A stretch of 64,000 bases of DNA from Chrysomallon squamiferum (lineage: Eukaryota; Animalia; Mollusca), in assembly GCA_012295275.1 (NCBI GenBank), contig CM022677.1:1488001-1552000 (forward strand), written 5' to 3'. Within the stretch, counting starts at the first letter, position 1; each line of letters starts with the position of its first letter. The notes under the pieces are model-generated. The model was not told the DNA's origin, did no database searches, and saw only the letters and a list, made by a program, of their open reading frames with translations. Both the position numbers and the translations under genes were made by a program. Of this stretch, positions 17,924 to 33,848 are shown one piece after another.

Positions 17924-19439
17924 GATTATTGATAGTGTAGAAACTTATCTATTTAGCACATTAATTTACTTTACTTGTTTTTTATATTAAAATGGATTAG
18001 CATACAGAAACAGGGTAACCATTTGTCCCTGCTTCAGACTTAAACACGGATAAGCAAAATATATTTACCAACATAGTTGTCTAATAATGGCCGCGAACTC
18101 GACCGTCCCACGCGTTCTGTGTGTCTTTGTCTTTTCTTTGATCCCCCCCGGGCTCTTTTGTGTCTTACTTAAATAAACTTAATGCGTATCAATGGCGGAG
18201 CCGAGAAAAATTCCTTTTGTCTCTCGCTAATGATAGTTAATTTTTAAAAGATTTCATTAATTGGATTACTGTTAACTAACAATATACTGTTGATTAATAT
18301 ATACTGTTAGGAATTTTTGTAGAAATGAATGGGCAACATATTCACTTACTTTAACGATGGATACAATTCAGTTATGATATCTTAGACTGTATTAAAGTAA
18401 GCTGTTTAAGTAAATAATCATTATGTTATCGATATTATCAAAAACTGTATCTTATTGGTACAACAATATAAAATATTATAATAAGTAAAAATAGAAATGG
18501 CTACCAGCGGATTCTTCAAGTAGGTATAAAGTAAATTGCAGTCCGTGGTTTAATAAATAAGTTAGGACCAATTTTCTAAATTAAACACCACAGAAGACAG
18601 TAAATCCAGATATGGCTGAGAAATCTTTCCATAGCTTGATCGAGGCCCTATTAGCGTACAGTTAAAAACTCTACTGCGTAAGATAAAAACCAGTTTACTG
18701 CCATAGTTGTATTATTTTATATTGTATTTTATGTGATGAATAAAAATAAAATTAAAATAAAGAAATAAAGAAAGAAAACAAATACAAATAAATAAATAAC
18801 AAAAAGGAATGAGTGACAAAAATAAATAATTGAAATAAAAAATAAATAAAAATAAACGCAAATTAAAAATAAGAATTACTACCACAAGTGATGAGTATCA
18901 GTCTTAATATTTGAACAATCATTTTTATTTTTGTTTTTTGTTGTTGTTTTTTTCATGTTGTACGTTATATTTATATCCTATATATATATGTATAATCATA
19001 CGTAGTGTTTGTCATATCTGCGTTTAGGTCGCTTTGACTCATAACATGTACAAATAAAAGAGGGTCCCATATTTTCTGATTCACCATTACATTGCATTTT
19101 TCACGATCCTAGGTATAACGTTTCTTCTCTCCAGTACTATTAACACACTATTTTTATCTGACCTAAAAAACAGACAATTGTTAGCAATCAGTTTTTCATG
19201 AATATAACATGGAAAATAAAGCTAGATAATTTACATGCAAAATAAATAATATATACAGTTAACAGGTTTCAAAGGCAAGTTAAATTATATGAGACACATT
19301 GTATGTAATAAAATATGTGCATTTATTTACCGCTAAATGTGGCGTGACATCTGATTTCAGTCGCGTGTTTATGAGCAGATGACATTGTAAACAGCGATAC
19401 ACAGAAGATATTTCAGTGACCTGTCAAACAGGACGTTGT

Positions 19440-19509
19440 CAGTTCCAGGAAAACACTCACCAAGCAAGGACGTACTTTTGTTCGCAGGCGGACATTTTGA
19501 AATTTGAAG
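19440..19509 (+). promoter_or_regulatory. Candidate non-coding first exon/promoter of BTB copy 2 (mirrors ~4596-4665 and ~63184-63255)
   Basis: The ATG exon is preceded by an acceptor (TTTCTAG|TGAAAACATG), so an upstream exon is needed. This conserved CpG-containing block has TCAGTT (Inr-like) and ends GAAG|GTATTT. Assignment is inference. Confidence 0.3.
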
Positions 19510-19867
19510 GTATTTTGTATTTTATTGTAATTTAATATATGCTGTACTATTAGTACTTTTACTTAAATCAGACCAGACATACTGAATTAGTAATCTATTT
19601 TATCAAAGCTATACATTTTTTGTGTGAATTGTCTTTAACGATTTTATTTGTTTTCGATTTTTTATACCTAACACACTGGTTTATGATAAATATCGAAGAA
19701 TATTTAATAATAACAACCCCAACAACAACAATAATAAAATAAAAAAATACTAAGAAGAAATACAAATATAATGGTATCAACATTATAATAATACTTATTA
19801 TTCTAGTAGTAGTAGTAGTAGAAGTTGCAGTAGCAGTAGTTGTAATAGTATCACCTAAATACATGTA

Positions 19868-20200
19868 CCGGACCAATTATCGGAACTCCTTGGGGCCTGA
19901 GGCATTCTGAATTTCTGGATTTTCCGGTTTTCTCGTGCCAAGGCATCTAAATTCGTAAATATTTAGGCATAAACATTTTAAAATTAAAAAAAAAAAAAAT
20001 AAAGCAAATTGACGACACACAACTGTGGCGACTCGACACGTAAACAATGCGGCGAGTGAATGAACAGCACGCGGCTTGAAAGAGCAGTTACGGTCTGGTG
20101 AGGACAAAACCCGTGCGCGAAAACTATGAAAATTACGTCGGGAAAAAGTTCCGGTTTTCTTGTCTTTCGGTATTTCAGGACGCCGGATAATTGGTTCCTC
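19868..20200. mobile_element. Tc1/mariner-type MITE candidate (copy of 3927-4260)
   Basis: TA|CCGGACCAATTATCGG ... CCGGATAATTGGTTCCTC|TA. Confidence 0.6.
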
Positions 20201-20956
20201 TATCTGAAGAGATCAGTTAATCGTTTATAGTTTATGCTGTATCTGATTACTTCGTTTTACTTTATATCATTTTGTTTATGTATTTATTTATAGATCCCTG
20301 ATCTCTGTGATGAATAGTAGAGTTAAAAAGAAATTACTCCTTTCTAAGAAATTATCGATCAGAAATTGTTTCTGGTAAATATCGGTTTTGAAACTACAAT
20401 GTATTTTATATTGTGTTAATTTAATTTAATTTAATTTAATTTATTATTATTATTACTATTATTATTATTGATATACTGCTATTGATATACATATAATAAA
20501 CAGTATTACAGCGTGAGTCTTTTCAAAGATATGGTACGTGCCAATAGAAGATATGAAAATATTATCTCATATAACAGTATTATTTTCTATTTACAAGTTT
20601 GTTAGTTTGTTCTCTTTATTGGAAATAATTGGGTTGTCTATATCTTCTTCCTTGAACTAATCACAAGTGTAATTGATTTCATATTTTCAAGGCTTTATTT
20701 CTACACTGATGGGCAGAGAGTTTTTTAACAATGAATTTGTCAGATCGTTGTAAATAACACCCGAGTATACCTTTGTGTTTCTCATATAGCAGTGACACGC
20801 TATTTTTATCTTAGCTACATTACAAACAAACGTCACGTGTTAGCTTAACTTGATATACTGGTCATGCAAGCATCGTCAGAGAAATAAAATAGGTACACGT
20901 ATATTTAGTGCACTGTAAAATTTATTTCTTCTTATTGTTGTTTTTGCTCTTGTTTC

Positions 20957-21036
<80 letters not shown>

Positions 21037-21203
21037 TACAGATTTCATAATTTACGTATAAACAATGCAGTCTAGTAGTACTTAATCTATTCAATTGTTG
21101 TAATCAATTTTAAAGAAGATTTATGTAAGATGTATACATATATCTCGTATCAGGATTTCATTATTTTATTCTGACATTGAAACCTAACAACGTGACACTT
21201 GAT

Positions 21204-21425
21204 CAGTGTCGTGTGGAGGTCTGGTGAAGCCCGGGGCCAACTCCTTGATTGTAATTCCCAAAGATTCAAGTACAAGGCCTAGCACTGAGGAATAGTATGA
21301 GAAAGGAAGATATTTTGAATATGTAAACACAGATGAAACATAAAATAAATACTTTATTCGATTTAAATATAAATCTGGATGCCCGGTGCCAGAGCCCCTT
21401 CGCCCCTCACCTCTGCACGCCACTG
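21204..21425. mobile_element. hAT-type MITE (copy of 2709-2930)
   Basis: TSD CACTTGAT at 21196-21203 and 21426-21433; CAGTG...CACTG ends. Confidence 0.85.
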
Positions 21426-22522
21426 CACTTGATGACGTGTAAAATATCTGACGTCACTCGCGTGTTTATCAGTGGAGGATTTTGAGAACCAAAAGTACAC
21501 AAATTGAAAGGCTATGATATTTTTATTTTATTATGTTTTAACTATTCCGGTGTTCTTAATTTATTACTAAATATATCAGAGTTTGTTCTCTAACAAATAG
21601 AGTATTTAAGTGTGAGGTTTTTTAAATTGAAATGAAACTAGGTTACGTGTATCCTGACTTTAGTATGCTGTTATTGTTAATAGTAGTAGTAGTAGTAGCA
21701 ACATCTTTACTACTAGTACTACTATTTCTGTTACTACCCTAGTAGAGCCATTATTTCTTATTGATATATTTTGCTATTTATTGCTTACTTTATTTCATTT
21801 CGTTTTATTTTAATTTAATTTTAATTCATTTATTCTTAGATCGGTGATAGCGGTGATCTACAGCAGTTGAGTCGATAGAGAGAAAATTATCGCTTAAATA
21901 AATTCTCCATCAGCAAGTTTAAATTAGAAGGTATTTTAAATTGTTTTCTATTTCAAAAATATCGCATCCTGGTTTGTTTCTTTATTATTATTTTTTTCTT
22001 TATTAATAAATCTTGTTCTTTAGTGTTTCTTTTTAGATCTGTTACTGACGGATTATTTTGCTCACTTTTCGAGAAGTAAATTGTTATAAATGACTACAAG
22101 TACATTGCGATATGAAAATCGTTTCTCCCACAGTGAAATATTTCTTACCTGACTGACCACTCACCTCTGTTTATAATAATAATGATAATTGTAATAAAAA
22201 TTATTTGTGTCTTCGTCATCATCATAGATATCATTACCATAACCACAAGGTATTTCTTTTTTATCCTTTATCTATCCGATGTTTTTCTTTCTTTCCTTAT
22301 CTTTTATTTATTTATTTATTTATCATTTATTTATTTATTTATTTTTAGATCTCTGATCTCAGTGTTTAGTAGTAGAGGCCTTAAACAGAAAGTAGTGGGT
22401 TTTTAGAAATTATTTTGGTTTGATTAATTTTTTATATAAAAAGTGTTTGTTTCGGTTTTGGAATATGTCCATGTACAGGTCATATGTACACGGAAATATT
22501 TGTAAATTATATTTAGTATGAC

Positions 22523-22589
<67 letters not shown>

Positions 22590-22730
22590 GTGAGCTATTT
22601 TTAATTTTATTGATATTTAATTGATTCTTTTTTATTACTTTACTTTTTATATATTTTTTCCTTGAATTATTACATTTCTATGTGTGATCAGTTTGTTTTT
22701 CCATTGTTCTCCCTACTCTATTATAATAAC

Positions 22731-22771
<41 letters not shown>

Positions 22772-22788
22772 TAATAATCATAATAGTA

Positions 22789-22879
<91 letters not shown>

Positions 22880-22899
22880 CCTCTGTTTCTAGTGAAAAC

Positions 22900-24439
22900 A
22901 TGGCCACCTCATGTACAATCTCAGGTTGGCAGACAGGGAAGAATCTGATAGAATGCCTTGAGCACGTTTTTCTTACAAAAACTCTCACGGACGTCAGATT
23001 TTTAGTTGGGGAACATAGAACTGCTGTCGATGCTCACCGATTAATTCTGATCATTCGAAGCGAAGTTTTCAGTCAGATGTTGATTGGAGAACTTCGCGAA
23101 AAATCAGATATTGTGATACCTGATGTGAAGGCAGACATCTTTTCAGAGTTTTTAAAGTATGTTAAAAAACACACACACGAACACAGATACACACACACAC
23201 ACACACAGATACACACACAGACATGGAAACACACGTACGAACACAGTGAGGAAGAGAGACATACATACAGACACGAACGTTGATAACAAGTAATCTAATT
23301 ATTTTCTTAGTAATCTAATTATTTTCTAATTAATTATCTCTCGTTTTGAAGTCTTACTCTACTTCTTTTACACAGATATCTTTACACGGATGACGTCGTC
23401 ATAACAGGCGACAACGTCACCGGTCTGCTGTATCTATCGAAGAAGTACATAGTCACGACACTGGAAGATCAGTGCGTCAACTATTTGGAGTCGTCGTTGT
23501 CGTCATGGAATGCGTGCGTCGTGCTGGAACAAGCTCACCTGTTTGATGAACATCATCTAAGGGGAAAAAGTCTGGACTATATTTTGGAAAATGGCGACGA
23601 AGTTCTGAAGTCAGATGAAGTCACCGATCTTTGTCACGAATGTCTGCTTGAGATCGTACGATCAGACGAACTGGCAGCACACGAGAAAAATGTTTTTCGA
23701 AGCCGCTGTGAAGTGGGCTGACAGCGCGTGCAGGAAGCAAGGGAAGAATACGAGTGAAAAAAACATGCGCGAAGCACTGGGAGAGGTCGTGAAGCACGTG
23801 CGTTACCCATTACTGAATTGGAGGTATTTTGTAAAACACGTGACACACACTCACATACTCACTGAGACAGAAGAACTCAAAATTACAAAACATTTCCTTT
23901 GTCCAGATGAAGATGTTTCACCTTTCAACTCAAAGAAGAGAGCTGAAGTGAAAACACAGATTAAAATAGACAGGCTTCATAGACCTGATCGTGCTATTGA
24001 CTATTATATGGATTTGCCATGCACTGGTAAAGAAGATGACGCCATTACTTTCTCTGTCAACAAAAACGCTTTACTTCGCGGATTTCAGTTGTACGGTGAA
24101 AGTGTACCACGAAACTACGACGTCAGCGCCTTCGTCACTGCTACAAGAACAGACGAAATACTGGACGGGTCTACACTGACACAGAGATATGAAAACGTGT
24201 ATGACGTGTATGACGTCGTGTTCAGACGTCCAGTGAAGATTACTAAAGACACTGAGTACAGCTTGTTTGTTAATGTTAAGGGAGTCTACTCAATGTGTGG
24301 ATTTGTAGGTAAATCAAAAATTGTTGTAGACGCTTTTGTTTGTAGATTTTCTAAATCACACAAATCTAAACACAGTGACAGACGACTTCGTACAGATGTG
24401 ACACACGGACAAATACCTGCTTTGTTATTTTTAGTGTAA
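22900..24439 (+). CDS. BTB-BACK-PHR protein copy 2 (exons 22900-23156, 23376-24439); +1 frameshift at 23693-23698; ~439 aa if corrected
   Basis: BTB motif (TDVRFLVG..AHRLIL..RSEVF..ML.GEL....IVIPDV...F..FLKYLYTD), BACK motif (VFEAAVKWA..VRYPLL) and PHR motif (DAITFSVNK..LRGFQLYG..GQIPALLF). Phase-2 intron AA|GTATGT..CACAG|A restores KYLYTD. Confidence 0.9.
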
Positions 24440-25094
24440 AAAACAACATCGTTCAAACACTGTCACTTTCAGCCATCACTGGGATCATATTTTCATTTAT
24501 TTATTTATTTATGTTTGTTTGTTTACATTTTGTGTTTCTGATGACGTCAGACAGCAGTGATGACGTCATACTCACTTGATTTGAATTTTTTGTTTTCTAA
24601 TGGACTGATTTCTGTCAAACACGTGCATCGTGTATATTATACACATCTCATTTCTTCATTATTGTTATTACTGTTATTGTTTATTTATTTATTTATTATT
24701 ATTATTTTTTAAATTTCTTTTGTATATGAGTAATAATATGTTTGTATATTTTGTATGTATTTCCTTGTTAGACCTGAAAATAAGGACTGTTATTTTCTTT
24801 TACTAAGACTAGCAACTCTTTGTTTATTTACTTATTTATGAGATATAAATAAATGAAAAACAGATAAATAAATTTTTATTTTTATTTTGAATTTTCAACT
24901 TCGTTTATTTTTGTATTTAATTGGTGTTTAAAATGTAAACAGGTGAATTACAACGATATACAAATAAATGTGTCAGGTATTATTATTTACTTTTGTTATT
25001 TATTTATTTATTTATTTGTTTCTTTTCTGCAAACATTCACTAATAGTATATGTATGTGTGAATACACACACAGATAATACATACATACATACGT

Positions 25095-25136
<42 letters not shown>

Positions 25137-25366
25137 TAGCTTGTCTTAGGTTTCACCAACACTGATCATTAGTTAATTTTAAAATACAGAATAAATAAAT
25201 AAACTGTTTTAAACACACACTCATACAGACACACATGAACACACACACACACTCATACAGACACAACACACACACACACACTCATACAGACACACATGAA
25301 CACACACACACACACTCATACAGACACACATGAACACACACACACACACTCATACAGACACACATG

Positions 25367-25459
<93 letters not shown>

Positions 25460-27019
25460 TGGACTCGGCGAAAAAGAACCTTGGACTAACCAGGATTTGT
25501 GTATAAACTAGTGTAGCAGGAAATCACAAACCCTGTCAATCACAAACCCCTCCTAATATACCACACATATAGCAGTAGTAACTGTGTCTGTAACTGCATC
25601 TCACTACAAACATTCCTTCCATATGTGGTTTTGATATGAACAACAAATATTTGCACGTTAGAAATGGGTCACAATGATGTTGTTTTTTTGCCAAAAATTA
25701 TTTATGTTTCTGTTTAACAAAAGTTTCAAGTATAGTATGTCTGTTAAATTGCAACAAAACATATTTTATCCCGCCGCAATCTTAAAATTTCAGGTTTTTC
25801 TTACTTTCTTTTTTCCTGCAGCTACAAAAACCTCTACTCCCATACTTGTGATACACAACTGAAAAATATAAAAAAAGCGACAGTCTGATTTGAAATTATT
25901 TACTGACCAACTTCCTTCATAAACAATGGTTAATTAAAGTACTGATAACACCTGTTACAGTAGTCAGAAACTGTTTGTGTATAAACATTTCCCTTCTGAC
26001 TGAGATTCAAAGTCTATACCAGTGGTGTGCCAGAAGATACGATTAACAGGGATGCTATGCAGTGTGCTATTCCACGGGGTGGGGGGCATTTCTAGCAAAT
26101 TACAAACCCTGGGGTGTGCGATTTCCAGGTGTTTGTAATTAACTGTTACACCGGCACATTTCAGTTTCCCTTCCACCTACTGTTAATCTGTTGTGAACAA
26201 AACAGTGACTAATCCGGATGCTGTCTACTTCGGATACTGAATGTAAATTCCAGAACAAAAGATAAATAATTGATATAGTAATTAGCATTGTCAATAACTA
26301 CACATAATTTTTCACTGCAATTTAAACGAAACCGTTTTGTCTCTGTTTACATATATATACATATATACCTGTTTGTGTATGTTTATATATATATATAAAA
26401 ACATACACAAACAGGTATCTACCCGTCACGTCTGTTTTGGTTTGTCAGAGCATTATTCGCTCTTTCTTAAACATATCTACATACACACACACACATACAC
26501 ATACACACATACATAAAATTAGACTTACAGATACACACATTCACACACATACATACATACACACATAAACTTACACAGAGAGAGATAAAAAGTTGAAGAG
26601 AAGAACAAACCTATTTCTTGTAACAACAAATAAACCTATTCAAGAAACATAACACTTATATATAGAAACAAGGAACTTGTATAATTCTATGTATGTGTGT
26701 GTATATATTAAACCTTATACCGTTAAAAAAAGAAAAAAAAAGTTACACAAGTTTCTTACCAGATGCCGAAACTCTAGGCCAAAGTTTCTCAGTACCGGCC
26801 CTATGCCCCTCCTCTGTGGTTAGAGTGAATCAAACCCTTGCTCCAACTAACACCAGCGTGCATAGACAAGAAAAGACGAAATATGATTAGTAACATCGGG
26901 ATTTAAAACACTTGTGTACAGATATCCACTGATGTATCATATTTAATATGAACATCCTTAATATCTCTGAACAGAGAATATTATACAAAGCATGATTCGG
27001 TAATAACAACAACAACAAC

Positions 27020-27058
<39 letters not shown>

Positions 27059-27499
27059 AATAATGATTATTATAATAATAACAGTAAACAGTAATAACAA
27101 AAACATTATAGAAATAATAAGAAAAACACTACGATCATTAATAGCAACGACAAAAAAAAAAACATCTGTGATAATAACGGCTTCAGACACCATAGAGAAA
27201 TAATCTGTAAGATCACAAAAAAAGAGAGAAAAATTACACAAAAAAAAAACAACAAAAAAAACAACAACACTGGTTCTTATTAACCAAGCATGATACGCAC
27301 TGCGCATTCTGCCACTACATGAAAATCATATGTTGATATCAATAACATCATGCGCTAATGTTTATAGTTCCTCTCTATGAAATTCTGGTGGCTGTTTGGG
27401 ATTCTCTTCTCTGATTTGTTAGCCATGTTTAATTGGTAAATGACCGTTAGACCACCAGACAATGATCAAACTGATTCAATGAGGATATAGGTAAAGTAG

Positions 27500-30380
<2,881 letters not shown>

Positions 30381-30755
30381 GTTTTTAGTTCTTAATTATT
30401 TTTTTTTTTTTTTTTTTTTTATTTTTTTTTTTTTTTAAGAACGTGGAACGGTCGCAGTCCACTGAACGCACTGGGTAACTAGTTCTACACTCACACACAC
30501 ACAAACACACACATGCACCCACCCAGACACACACACACATACACATACACACACATAGTGGACTCACTTGGGATCAGCGAGATATGCCGTTTTAGACAGA
30601 GCGGCGGTTTACAAATATTAAACATGAAAGTGGAGTGTTTTATTAGAAATGTCACAGTTAAACGGCTATCGAGATTCAGCGTAGAAATAGATGTCACTTA
30701 AGACTGGTTTATTTTTTGTGTTTTTATTTATGTTTTTTATTTTAATTTTATTTAT

Positions 30756-30801
<46 letters not shown>

Positions 30802-31182
30802 TCTCTCCAAAGCAATCTCCTCTATTATTATTAACATCGGTTGCAAGAGTCTGCTTTCGGTAGCAGCACCAAAAGATTCAATTTGTGTTATCATTTCACG
30901 AACATCTGTAGAAGAAAATTCGGTAACTGATTGTTTGTGTGTGTGCTAATCCTTTCAGACTTTTCAATTTGTCGGTCGTTGTTCTCTGCTGAAATACTGG
31001 TTTCGTACAACTGCCGGTAATGGTCGCTATGTTTTAAGATGTCAAATATTGTTTGTCTTCACATTTGAAATTGCACAGTCAGCGTTCACGCGAGACTGCG
31101 ACCTGGACGAAATACTCGTCCTTTTATACTGAACTTCGCTTTACTTTTAACTCACGACAAAGCCTATGTCACCGAGAAAACA

Positions 31183-31474
31183 GGACAAATACCTGCTGTG
31201 TTATTTTTAGTGTGAAAATCAGCATCGTTCAAATATTGTCAGTTTTAGTGATATCTGTGTCATATTTTTTTTTATTTTCTTTATTTTTTTTTTTTTTCAG
31301 TTTTGTGTTTATTTATTTATTTATATATTTTTCTATTGGTATTTCTGATGACGTTAGACAGCAGTGATGACGGCATACCGTCTTTCATTTGATTTGAAAC
31401 TTACCTATCTAATGGACACTTTTCTGTCAAACAGATACATGTAAAATTTATATAAATATCTCATTTCTTGAATA

Positions 31475-31529
<55 letters not shown>

Positions 31530-31880
31530 TACTACTACTACTATTACTATTGTTATTGTTATTATTAATATTAATGTTGTTTCTACAGGAAACATAATAT
31601 GTAGATCAATTATATAAGATCTGTTATTTGATTTCTTCATCCTATTTCTTTTATTAAGATTTATATAAAATATGCAAGTGAATTATATTAAGTTTAGTAT
31701 ATACTAGATATGAAATTAGCAACTGTTTGTTTATTTATGTGTAAGATGCAAACAAATGAAAATCAGATATATAAATAAATGTGTGTTTTTTATCACGAAG
31801 CTTTATTTGTTTATTTTTGTATTTAATTTGTGAATTATATAGGTATTCAAATAAATTTATCAAGTATTAGTATTTATTTT
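31183..31880 (+). pseudogene. Relic of BTB-PHR gene 3' end (GQIPAVLFLV* at 31183-31215 plus 3' UTR)
   Basis: Aligns to 24407-24990, including CTGATGACGTTAGACAGCAGTGATGACG; sequence upstream of 31183 is unrelated to the PHR coding region. Confidence 0.85.
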
Positions 31881-31946
31881 TTTATTTTCTGGATACACTG
31901 AGTAGTACATATAACTGTAGACTGTTCACAGTCTGTGTTTTACAAC

Positions 31947-32073
<127 letters not shown>

Positions 32074-32212
32074 GTGTGTCTTTTTGTCTGTCTGCCTGTC
32101 TGACTTTCATACATTTAGTAAAAATGGACATAACAACAGGTCTGTTGAAGACCAATTAACAATATATGCGAATAGCGAACGAAATTAAAATCTTACTACA
32201 ACAACAACAACA

Positions 32213-32258
<46 letters not shown>

Positions 32259-32662
32259 ACTAATAATAATAATAATAATAATAATAATTTAAAAAAGAAA
32301 GAAACCAAGGAAGTAAAAGAAAAAAGAGAATAAAGTATAATTTTACATAAACACAAGCTGTATAATAAGTTTAAATGAGTAAATAGTATTATTGTCTGTC
32401 GTGCAACTAAATTTAATTCCCAATCTAACACAATTATAAGATGAAAAATTGTCACATTTCCAACTTTATTTATCTACAACATTTCAGGATGGTAATATTT
32501 ATTAATAGTTTTACCAAAAAAAGGGACTCAATATTATTTCAGCATTGTTAATAGCTTCATAAATATACGTGACAGAGTTGTTTTCTAAGTATTTTAATTT
32601 AACACACTTTGCCATTATCTTACATTTCTTACAATGGCGTTTCCTTTTATTATAGTATCTAA

Positions 32663-32720
<58 letters not shown>

Positions 32721-33077
32721 CACAAACACACACATTGTTTCATAAATATAACATAACGTGAAGCTATGTACGAATGCGGGACAGAAAATAAAGGTCAAAA
32801 TGACATAATGAAATCTTAGACTTTCTTTAACGGTTCAGTTATAAATGAGAATAGCCTCTCTCAATAAACCCGTCACAATTTTTTCATCGTCATAATGTGA
32901 AGCCCGCTTTACAGGTTTGTCGAACAAAAGAGAAATATAAAATATTTCTACACCAAAAATATAACTTTTTTAACGTGTATGGTTACATATAGACGCTTAT
33001 CTATCCTCTTCATAACATATCTAATTAATTAATAGCAATGAAAAACAGGATGCAGAGATAACATAATAATCGTACTC

Positions 33078-33109
<32 letters not shown>

Positions 33110-33431
33110 TTTTTTTTTTTTCTCTCTATTTTAGACACCTTTGTTTCGTAATGTTAAAACACACACACACACAGAGAGACACATTCACACATATATATTT
33201 TTTTCAAACGAATTAATTCAGTATGCTATAGCATATATTTCATTAGTTGAATAATCTAAATGCATACAATTTGTTTCTATGCGTGAATGTGAGACTGCAC
33301 ACAAGACAGGTATGATGCAAACGTTTTAAGTGTCACGTTTATTAAAACTAATACAATATCTCAAATACACGCAAACTAGAAGTATAATTGTAAATTTAAT
33401 ACATTTGCTTATTTTAATAACTGTAATTAAT

Positions 33432-33546
<115 letters not shown>

Positions 33547-33812
33547 GAGATACACCTGCATATACATGCGCACACGTCTGTCTGTGTCAAATAAGACTGT
33601 TTGAGTAAAATTATCTTCTCTCAATATAACTAAATTGATTTTCCGATATTAATTATTATATGAAATGTGTTGATAATGTGCAGCTGATTCGCCCTCTGTT
33701 TATCTACAACTTTGTCAGCAAATTTACAGAGAAGTGGAATGAATTTTATGTTAGCTTATTTAATAGCTTACAAAAATACATTTAACTTATTTTAACATGT
33801 TGCCGCTACTTT

Positions 33813-33848
<36 letters not shown>

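Noticed and set aside
17421-18240. TAGGGCTTCAC start truncating the repeat array, possible DNA transposon end
   Set aside because: No convincing matching terminus or TSD found.
24080-24410. Diversity-generating retroelement as the source of PHR variability
   Set aside because: Changes are not adenine-specific, there is no template repeat or reverse transcriptase, and the context is eukaryotic.
25540-25860. Minus-strand Cys-rich peptide (RCSYRHSYYCYMCG) resembling a RING/RBR fragment
   Set aside because: In-frame stops are shared by paralogs and the ligand spacing is incomplete.
31100-31125. GGACGAAATACTCGTCC hairpin reminiscent of a hammerhead ribozyme
   Set aside because: No upstream CTGANGA core or stem II.
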